Positions 11,936-20,745 of a DNA stretch of 64,000 nucleotides are shown here, piece by piece (position 1 is the first letter of the stretch; the number at the start of each line of letters is the position of its first letter). The notes under the pieces were generated by a model. It worked only from the letters and a program-made list of their open reading frames with translations, was not told the origin of the DNA and ran no database searches. Source of the stretch: Fistulifera solaris (taxonomy: Eukaryota); the NCBI GenBank assembly GCA_030295235.1, contig AP026157.1, positions 248,001 through 312,000 of the forward strand, given 5' to 3'. A program made the position numbers and the translations under genes.

Positions 11936-12562
11936 TCACGGTGTTTCCGATATGAGAACCACTTGTGTATTCCGACGATGGGATTTCTCGTCTTTTAAAC
12001 GCAATAATTCGTCAGCGTCGGGCAATTGATCGCACGAGCCACGATGATGAAACGAAGGACTCTTGAGTTGTTCGGAAGAGTCCAAAATTGACAAAGATCC
12101 CAACATGGAAGCCACATCGCGCACACTGAATTGTTGCGACAGGGAGCGAGGAGGAGAAGAGGATCGTTCCGAATAGAAACGTGGCCGGTCGGGTCGATCG
12201 GCAAATGTAGTTGAACTGGAAACAAATGTAGTAGCCGTTTCGTCATGTTGCGAGATGGTCCTTTTTCTGGAATTTTGTGCCGGAGAAGAGACATCGAAAC
12301 TGGGCACGGTCGTCACGTCGAAGGATGAGTTTTCGAACAACCTTTCAAAGGACCCGGCCGCCAAGATGGTCGTGAGATTGAGACTGTCTTCCAGTTCCGG
12401 TTGAAGTGGCGGACCCAGCAATTCAGCAACATCATCATCGTTCAAGTTGAAGCTTTGATCATCGGCGATACTGGAAAAGCTCGAATGGCGACTGAGAGGT
12501 GTTTGTATTTCAATAAAGCCCATTTTCTTATTCCGCTGCTTGATGTTTTCGTCGTCCATCAT
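11936..12562 (-). CDS. Hypothetical Ser-rich protein
   Basis: 208-aa ATG-initiated ORF with plausible composition; no recognised domain. Confidence 0.6.
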   Translation of the reverse strand: MMDDENIKQRNKKMGFIEIQTPLSRHSSFSSIADDQSFNLNDDDVAELLGPPLQPELEDSLNLTTILAAGSFERLFENSSFDVTTVPSFDVSSPAQNSRKRTISQHDETATTFVSSSTTFADRPDRPRFYSERSSSPPRSLSQQFSVRDVASMLGSLSILDSSEQLKSPSFHHRGSCDQLPDADELLRLKDEKSHRRNTQVVLISETP

Positions 12563-13592
12563 GAAGAGTTGGAGTGATGTGTCCAGTTGAATGACAGAGT
12601 TATATTATTGTGAGTCTTTTCGAACAAGACGTTGATGGATCGAAAATCGAAGATAGTAGCAATAAATGAGACGTTCAGAATTATGTTTTGTCGTGGCGCT
12701 GTCGGCAATTCGGCCCTTCCTTCATAGACGGGTCACAGATCACGCGGATCAATCCAGTACTAAATCTTCCAATCTGTTTCTGGCGCTCTCGTTGAGAAAA
12801 TTCCCCAGAACATCTAATTCTTTCGAGTATAACACTTTAGTGTATGGCTCACGCGTGAACGGTCTGTTAAAATTTCGCTGGAACTTCCACAACCTCCACC
12901 ACTTCTTGTTCGCTTGGCGCTTCTTGCGCGGACGAGACTCCGACGCATTGTACGCAGACATGACGGCATGACACCTTCTCTCGCTCACTACATTGTGAGA
13001 GACACTGAACGTTGAGTTCTTGAACCTTACTGTAACGGCAAGAAAGAGGTGTCAGTGCCGTTTGCCACTCCGACGAACGATTTGAATTTTTGAAACAACA
13101 TGGTGAAACAGATCGACTATAGAATACCTTTACCCGGTCTAGTTTCATTGGAACAAGTTGATTACTTGAACTTGGGAATGCACGAGAGAAGCCGTGATGT
13201 CTTGGAATTGGAATTGCCTAATATACAACCAAAACGTGCGTCAGAGTTCACCTATGTTTCGTGGTGTTGCGAGGACCATCGGCACGTGAATCCCTAGAGC
13301 ACCGATAAAGTTTTAAATGGGAAAATTGAATTTTGAATTGTAGATATAAAGGAATTGCGTCTCAAATCGACTCTAAAGATCTCACTAGAACGTGTATAGA
13401 GCACGTTGACATGATTAAATCCAAACTAAACATCACGTTCCACTGTTTCACTGAAACATCTTAGGAAAACTTCGTAATCCGTAATACAACCTTAAAACCG
13501 AAACACAATCGATGTGTTTCTCGGCGTGTGCATCCAATAGCTTGAATCAAATATGAAACTCGTCCTCTTCATGCGAGCCGCCGCTTCATCTC

Positions 13593-13853
13593 TCATTCAT
13601 CGCTTGCCCCATACAACGTCCGTTTTATCAAATGAAGCTTCGTTTCCACACAAAATGATTCCTTTCCCGTATGTATACAAGTATCAAGATGCTTGCGCAT
13701 ATTGATTCGTTCCAGAGCAAACTGACAGTGAATGGTTTCGCCGTCGGCGGACTCTTCGCAATCGAGTCGATTGCGCGTGGCTTGTATGGTTTGTGCGGCG
13801 GTTGCTGGCACCACGAGAGCCAAAAGCGTCAGCAGTAATTTGAAATGTATCAT
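13593..13853 (-). CDS. Small secreted protein with four Cys
   Basis: 86-aa ORF with a clear signal peptide (MIHFKLLLTLLALVVPATAA). Confidence 0.6.
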   Translation of the reverse strand: MIHFKLLLTLLALVVPATAAQTIQATRNRLDCEESADGETIHCQFALERINMRKHLDTCIHTGKESFCVETKLHLIKRTLYGASDE

Positions 13854-14205
13854 TTTGCTTGCTTACTTGTGTTGGTAGAAGGACACAGAGACTAACGTAG
13901 TAAGATTATGTTTTATTGCATCGCAAGCATGGTGTGGAAGGATCGTTTGGAATGCGCACGCGGCGGAGATCTTTGCTTTGTCCATCCTTCGACCGTCGTT
14001 TTGTCCGCCGCACGTCGATTGCCCATTGCTAAGTTGATTCGACTGGCTATACTAGTTGAGTTGAGCACCCATCGCGAATTTGATAATTAGATTCACATTA
14101 AAACCTTATTCTATTTTAGAACACTGGGAAACTAGGAGAGAAAAAAGAAAACTAGTATTGCTATTTACTTAGATTCAGGCATGGACGTCTCCTCATGATT
14201 TGCGT

Positions 14206-14753
14206 CTAAGCATAAAAGATTTGCTGCGGCAAATCTTCCTTCTCCATACCAAACTCTTGTGTAAACAAGGAACTGAGTTCCGCATAGGCACGAGGCGCTA
14301 AATCTACTTTATTGTTCCCACATTCGTGCAACCATTTTTGTTCCACCAGATCGTGCAAGACTTCTTCGGCTTTGGACAAATCCAAGTTGCCCTCTTGCAA
14401 TTCGAGACGCAAATTCTTCAAATCGGTCAATTTGGTCTCTCCGTGTTCGACCACATGCTTCAACACCAAACGCGTGTAATTGTGCGCAGGAATGGGATAT
14501 TGACCCACGCCTTTCGTGACATCATCGGCCGTCGGACGAATGAGACACAAATGCAAGACATTGTTGTGTCGGATTCCGACAATCTGTAAGCCAATGTATT
14601 TGAGTTGACGGTTCGTTTGAATTAAACTGTCTTCCAGGGTTTGTTTCGAGTGCAAGGATTCCCACAATTGGAGCGCTTGTTCGTGCGTCATGGAGTGTTC
14701 CGCCAGTAAACGCTGATTGAACATTTTTGCGCAATGGAAAGCGGTTCAACCAT
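14206..14753 (-). CDS. NSE1: Nse1-like (SMC5/6 non-SMC element 1) winged-helix protein without a RING domain
   Basis: L..AE..L..LV..KWL......LAPRAYAEL pattern typical of the Nse1 WH-B region. Probable start MVEPLSIAQK at 14753, joined through an A-run indel near 14724-14728. Confidence 0.6.
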
Positions 14754-14931
14754 GTTTGAATTGTATATGTTGATTGAAGGATGATAGCAAACGAACGAAA
14801 TGCAACGAAATAATGAATGCGGTGCGGCAAAGAAAAAGCATCATTGCTGCAAAAAGCGGACGAAAAACGAAGGTGGAGGGAGGCGAGTCCGGCGTTCACA
14901 ACGGAAACTGTTGCCGCCCTTCGGCTTCACG

Positions 14932-15050
14932 ACGTCATGCAACGTAGCATCCGGACGATGCACGCACCAAGTGTGATACAATGTGTAAGGAATGATGTCA
15001 TTCCACCTCAAATTCCGTGCGTGCGTTGAACGTTGAGCTCGATGACGTCA
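14932..15050. promoter_or_regulatory. CRE/CCRE-like bZIP sites upstream of theta-CA
   Basis: ACGTCA at 14932-14937, near-match TGATGTCA at 14993-15000 and perfect TGACGTCA at 15043-15050, in the divergent Nse1/theta-CA intergenic region. Confidence 0.5.
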
Positions 15051-15159
15051 GTGGCGCGCCACAACGAAGTGTCGGAAGATTTGCGTCTCGTTGGGACCAT
15101 GACAAAGAGAGATTCTCGTTATCCACAACATTCAACTGACTGGCAATAAAATAAATAAA

Positions 15160-16074
15160 ATGAAGTTCTTATTGTCGGCTTTATTGCTGATTGCTTCTAC
15201 TGAGGCTCTCGTCCCCGCGGAGCGCACTCGCCGTCAAACGTTTGGTGACATCGCGGCCGCCAGTGCTGGTTTCGGTCTAGTTGGTAGCAACAGCTCGCCC
15301 GCCTTTGCCGCCGAAATGGATACGAAAAAGACGTTGCGCGATTCGTTTCCGGGTGCCATGCCCAATGATATGTTGTTGGAACGCGTCGGACTCAAACTCA
15401 TTCGCAGCGGTTTCACAAAAGATACGACGCTCGTGGCGTCTTCGTTGTGTTCCGATGAAGTCAATCGTCCGCTCGAAGATACCTTTCTCAAATATTACGG
15501 CAATCACTTTTCCATGGGTGGACTGGCAGGATTTCCTTTTTCGGGTGTCACAGGATTTGCCGCCATGGCGTCACACATTCCCGACAATGGCAATTGTTTG
15601 TTGGTGTACGGTCCCCACGTCGGTGTCAATGGCGAAGGCAAAGTGGGGACAGTCGAACGCAAAGGCCAACAAAAGAGTGGAGCCTGTTGTGGTAGTGCCG
15701 TCGCGGCTTCGCGTTACTTGAAACAAGTCATTGATGGAGATGCCGATCAAATGGGACCGCCGTCCGCGGCACTCGACGCCCAACAAGCGTACGTGTCCAA
15801 CATGTTATTGCCGTACGCTTCCGAAATTACGTACGCCAAAGATCCCATGGTCGTGTTGCCGTACGCGACGTTCAAACCGATTGATGGCATGATGAACAAG
15901 ATTGTGGCCGCGGCGTCTTCCAAAATTGGACCCAATGGCAAAGTTGCCCTCTTGGGTGGGTTGCAAATCAATACTCCGGAAGGTTTGTCCGATTACTTTT
16001 TGCCTTTGCGGTTTGAAGTCCGTGATAGTTCCAACAAACTCTTGTCGGATGATTTGCTGGATATTATGGTATAA
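15160..16074 (+). CDS. Theta-class carbonic anhydrase (LCIB/C family), probably in the thylakoid lumen
   Basis: LCSDEVN, MGGLAGFPF.G.TGF.AMASH.P, YGPHVG and ACCGSA motifs. Signal peptide, then RR, a hydrophobic stretch and AFA (Tat-type lumen signal). Confidence 0.92.
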   Translation: MKFLLSALLLIASTEALVPAERTRRQTFGDIAAASAGFGLVGSNSSPAFAAEMDTKKTLRDSFPGAMPNDMLLERVGLKLIRSGFTKDTTLVASSLCSDEVNRPLEDTFLKYYGNHFSMGGLAGFPFSGVTGFAAMASHIPDNGNCLLVYGPHVGVNGEGKVGTVERKGQQKSGACCGSAVAASRYLKQVIDGDADQMGPPSAALDAQQAYVSNMLLPYASEITYAKDPMVVLPYATFKPIDGMMNKIVAAASSKIGPNGKVALLGGLQINTPEGLSDYFLPLRFEVRDSSNKLLSDDLLDIMV

Positions 16075-16159
16075 TAGTAGTAGTAGTATGGTGGGTGAAT
16101 AACAATTAATCACATTGCGAGCTAAAATAATGGAGTATTTTCATGTTTCACCGAAACTA

Positions 16160-17917
16160 TTACTCTTTCTTTTTGTCATGACACATGGCGACTCCCATGA
16201 GTTTAAACGTCGTTCCTTGAACGAATTCAAAGGTCATCTTCGAATAGGTACCCGGTTCCACCGTATGAATGTACATTTCACTCGTTTTCTTGTTGTGAAA
16301 TCCCGTCAACGCAAAAGAGTGTGATGCAGAGGAAGACTCTAACGTCACGTGCACGGTCGAATTGTCCCATTTGGGGCCATAACTTTTGAGATAAAACAAG
16401 GTTATTTGGGTGGGAGCCGTGGTGGGCAGTTGGAACACCATTTTCGATCCCACTGGACCCGGCATCCATCCCAATTTATCACCCCGTGTCGTATCATCCA
16501 TCAAGGTCCAGGAAGAAGACTCCAATACGTTTTGAAACAAGGATTGAATGGCACGATATTCGGCTTTGGCCGATAACGGAGGATGGTGTAACGATAGGCC
16601 ACTCACCCATACAAACGGACATGTGGTCGAACACGCTGCCGACGATGTTTCGGTCGATCGCCACACATCGGTCACTTGTTCCAGGGTCAAATCAGGTGTC
16701 AACTTGGGTGGTAATCTGTCGGAGGGAACCGGTCGCGGCATTTTGGGCCACCGTGGAAACTTGGTTTCATCCATTTCCAAAGCAGATAGTCCGGGTGGAA
16801 CATGATCGTTGTAACGCAACGTGCGTTCGTAGTCATGGACCTGCCAGGAGTCCAATGTACAAGTTTGGGTTGTCAAGACCAACAAATGATACGCGACCAA
16901 CCAGGCCGTGACCATGTGCATACTTTGACTGGGATGAATTTCCCGTTGCATTTTGGAGGTGGGCGTAGCGTACCATTTTCCCGGACTGAATACCGATTCG
17001 TGCGTATCGCCGTACACCAGGTCGCGGGCGAGATTGGCATAGGACAGAAAGGAGAAGCCGTAATATTGCGACAACACATGAATGTTTTGCGTCAAGGCAG
17101 TCGTCGCCAAGATTTCGGGTTGTTCATTGCCGAGATAATCATCCAACCATAGTAACAATGGTGGTTGTCCACAGGAGGAAAGTGCCGCGCGCACAAATTC
17201 TTGACTCATATCAAAGACTAACTCGCGTAAGGTTCGATTGGACGATTGAGCTTGGAGGATGGATTGCACATGCATATCGTTCGTCGCATACGCATTGATG
17301 ATAATATCCGGTGGTTGTGGTAAATAATCCGACAAGAAGGACAATAAAGCCGTCCCCGTGGCTGTATTGGAACCGGCAATGGCAAAATTGTATACCTTCA
17401 CAGTCTTTAGACCCATTTGTTGCAAGAATTGTTCCAATCGATACGGCCAAGCACAATTTCGCATTTGTGTCTTGACGGTAAAACAGTTGACACCCATGGT
17501 TACCGAACCACCCATAACGACAATGGAGATTTCGTCACCCCGTTGCAGTTTGTGTTGCAACCTTTGCAGAGTCGACCATTGTCTGGTGAGAGTGGATTGA
17601 CTGAGCGGCAATCGAGGTGTAACGAGACGCAACAATTCGGTGACCTTGTTGCGCAACAGAAAATCACGATCGGGTGGCAGCCGACTGGCGGAAACGACTT
17701 GCGAAATGCGTTGTGTCCACAATGCGAGTGCCGAAGATTGCTGCAGTTCGGAAGAGCATGTACTGTTGTTGGAGCTGGGCCATTCCTGGGGTCGTTCGAA
17801 CACTATGGCCGGTTCGATCGGACATTCAAAGACACGAACGGCCGTATACAAAAGAAGCCATCCAAATGCATGCAATAAGCAACGATGCTGTTTGCTATTT
17901 GTAGTGCTTCGTTTCAT
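16160..17917 (-). CDS. SGNH/GDSL hydrolase-like protein with N-terminal membrane anchor
   Basis: 585-aa ORF with blocks VVMGGSVT, AIAGSNT, IIINAYATND and IHPS. Confidence 0.75.
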   Translation of the reverse strand: MKRSTTNSKQHRCLLHAFGWLLLYTAVRVFECPIEPAIVFERPQEWPSSNNSTCSSELQQSSALALWTQRISQVVSASRLPPDRDFLLRNKVTELLRLVTPRLPLSQSTLTRQWSTLQRLQHKLQRGDEISIVVMGGSVTMGVNCFTVKTQMRNCAWPYRLEQFLQQMGLKTVKVYNFAIAGSNTATGTALLSFLSDYLPQPPDIIINAYATNDMHVQSILQAQSSNRTLRELVFDMSQEFVRAALSSCGQPPLLLWLDDYLGNEQPEILATTALTQNIHVLSQYYGFSFLSYANLARDLVYGDTHESVFSPGKWYATPTSKMQREIHPSQSMHMVTAWLVAYHLLVLTTQTCTLDSWQVHDYERTLRYNDHVPPGLSALEMDETKFPRWPKMPRPVPSDRLPPKLTPDLTLEQVTDVWRSTETSSAACSTTCPFVWVSGLSLHHPPLSAKAEYRAIQSLFQNVLESSSWTLMDDTTRGDKLGWMPGPVGSKMVFQLPTTAPTQITLFYLKSYGPKWDNSTVHVTLESSSASHSFALTGFHNKKTSEMYIHTVEPGTYSKMTFEFVQGTTFKLMGVAMCHDKKKE

Positions 17918-18375
17918 AGTCTCTAGGTGAACGATTCATTTCATCAAGGATGATCGTCGTTGCTATTATTGTCATCTTCCTTAATTTGTTTGTGAAAACG
18001 TTGTTCATCACAACGTTTGCTAGTGCGACTCAAAACGATTTTTCAAGTAACACTCTTAGTACCGTACGGGATCTAAGAGTCATTTGGCGGTCATTTTCGT
18101 AACGCGACTCGGTAGCTAGTAACTCTTCAAGCCTGTTGGCATTCATTTGATTTATTTATTCAAATGATAATACCCCATAGTACTTCTTTCTTCCTCCTCA
18201 AAGAGGATTTAGGTATCATCTATCATCACCCGAAGAAGGAAACACAAGAAACGCTGGCTTGCGGAACGATACTATCTGACCGAGTACTTGCAATCGTTTA
18301 TTTCGGTGACTATCACTATTATCCGCGCGCCATCAGTCGAAGACATAATAATGTAAAGAAGTTAAGTTAACGTTT

Positions 18376-19316
18376 TTATTCACCACACACATAACACTGA
18401 CCATTGCTATCTAGAGATTCGACACCAGCAATTGGACCCGTTCCAGTGCTGGGCGGATCTCTTCCATCGGGAGTGTAACGGTCGGGACACGAAAACGGTT
18501 TTTGCGCATCGTAATGCATGTAACAACCTTCGTTATAAGTGAATCCAATAACGTCCTCAAATTCAGCCGCTCTTTTCTGGCACAATTCCTGGCTCAAGTA
18601 CCTGTAGCAATAAGGCTAGTCTTCTTGGGCAGCGTCCACACAATTGTACCCATCCGCAAACTTAGTGCAAGAGCGAGTGGTGTCAGGTGGAGGTGGAGGC
18701 AAGAATGTAGGTGCGCAAGTATAGCAGGAATAATCAGGATAAAGATCACTGTCTCGGATCAGACCTTTTCCTAGTGTAAAACCATCTTCGGTATATTTGA
18801 TGAAAAGTTCGGGGCAGGTGAAACTTGGATCTGCATTGTCAACAAAAAGAAGACAATCAAAATTAATCGAACCATCATCTCTGTCTGTAAATTGACCGTA
18901 GGAAAACCCGAGAGCTTCACTGTAGTCTGTCGCTGATTTCTGGCACTCTTCCAGTGTGAGGTCCAACCTGTAGCAAAACGGGAAAACGTCATCTTTACTA
19001 TCCATACAGAATCCATCTCCAACACGGATGGAGCAGGTACGGCTGGTATCTGGCCCGTTAACAGGGGGGGTCAACAGGTGCATCGACAGGTGCATCAACA
19101 GGTGCATCAACAGGTGGATCAGCAGGTGCATCCTCTCCTCCCGATCCGAAACATAAGAATTCTCGGCGCGAAAACAGAGGTTGACCCACTGCCGACGACG
19201 ACTCGAACCCTAGAGCAAATGATGAAAATGTTAGTAGGAATTGCGAGGTAAGTGGCAGTTGCAAGTGTTAGCTTACCAAGAACCAGAGCAAGAAAAACTA
19301 AGGCAACACGCAACAT
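18376..19316 (-). CDS. Secreted protein with two ~95-aa Cys-rich repeats and a DAPV linker; interrupted by an in-frame TAG (possible pseudogene)
   Basis: Signal peptide exon 19316-19277, GT-AG intron 19276-19210, frameshift at the G7 run 19064-19070, and in-frame TAG at 18618-18616 inside repeat 2. Confidence 0.65.
19071..19132 (-). repeat. 12-bp coding minisatellite (DAPV/DPPV, about 5 units)
   Basis: GATGCACCTGTT-like units on the minus strand. Confidence 0.85.
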
Positions 19317-19389
19317 TGTTGGATGTTAAAGTACGTGATCAAATCAAAAAAAAAATGTGATTGCCGCTGCCAACATCTTTTAGATTGGA

Positions 19390-20045
19390 TGTATGATGAA
19401 TGATGATTGATGATCGAAGATTGGAAGATCACGATGAGTCACATTTTCTCGTTGCTGTAAAATTCCGCATAATTGTTAATCGTAGACACGACTAGAGGTT
19501 TGAGCTTAGTACTCCAAAGTACTGTAATTGGTACTTCGTATTTGGTTTCCTGTTTCCTCTTTCCTCAATGTTCAAAGTTCAAAGTTTTTCAGAGTACTGT
19601 AGGTGTCAGTAGTCAGTACTCAGTACATTGTACATTGTACATAAGACTTCGTGTTCCCTGTTCCCTGTTCCCTCTTAACGGATTCAACGGGTACCAGGTA
19701 CCTGGAACCTGGAACAGGGTAACGGGTAACAGATACCGGTAACAGATTCTCTATTCTCTAGCTCTAGAGATTAGAAATAATAATTGTTTTCTTTATATTT
19801 ATTATGGAACATGGAACAGGGAAGGATCTATAGATCTACAGTACCTGGTGCAAGCTGCAACCGGACAAGCGTGACTCGTGACTGTTGACTGTTCTGTACA
19901 GCTAGAGTTTCCAACTTGCAGGTTTCAGGTTGCATAAACAATAATCAATAATCATGATCATAATTATTTTTATCTTTTATCTGATAAATGCGATCACGAA
20001 TACTACGGACAATGGAGTACCCGGTACGGTACCAATCACCAACTG
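19390..20045. repeat. Tract of many unrelated 7-bp tandem duplications
   Basis: At least 16 different heptamers each occur 2-4 times in tandem, some copies with 1-2 mismatches (listed in findings). Confidence 0.85.
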
Positions 20046-20745
20046 CCTTGCCCTATTACGGATGATGCAGAGCAGAATTGCAAAAGATGAAAATTGTGAA
20101 GCTTAGAAGAAGTTATATCCTAGAGCTAGAGAGGTCGAAGTCGAAACGTCGAAATGGTCACAGGAGAAAAAAATTTGGCACGACTGAAACAGTCCCGGTA
20201 AGAAAAAGCACGGGAAAAATACGCAGTCGAGTTCGTGTGGTTGACGCGAGAGAGCGCGACGCCGCGACACTGTTGCTGCTCTAGTCACTTTTATGCGACA
20301 ATCTAGTAGATACCTTGCATTCATTCTATTGTCGTAGTTTGAACAAATAGGTGAGGCTAATGATTGAAATATAAAGGCTTATTATCAACACTCATCTCTT
20401 GAAAATTCCGTCCTGTTCGTCATCTTTTGACAGTGATAACGAACTTATGATTAATTATTTCCCTTTCCAATGCAGTCCTTGTGAGACAAATCAATGCGGG
20501 GGACCAATTCCGGCTGTTCCGGAGTTCGGAGCTCCTAGCTTGTGGAAGGAATCACACCGGTACGGAACGTGACTTAATTGTCCGTGACTCGGTTGTTGTT
20601 TTACTCGAACGGGTTCCTTGTCGTTCATCATAATCATCGAAATCAAGAGTTCATCGCGTTGCATGATGAGTATTATTTTATCCTCTTATCAATTATTATA
20701 GTGTTGTAACAGCAAGAGGACTCATTATTATATTTAAAGAAGAAA

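Noticed and set aside
12666..13297. Possible gene relic (YTKVLYSKELDVLGNFLNES...)
   Set aside because: Short, bounded by stops and with no recognisable family.
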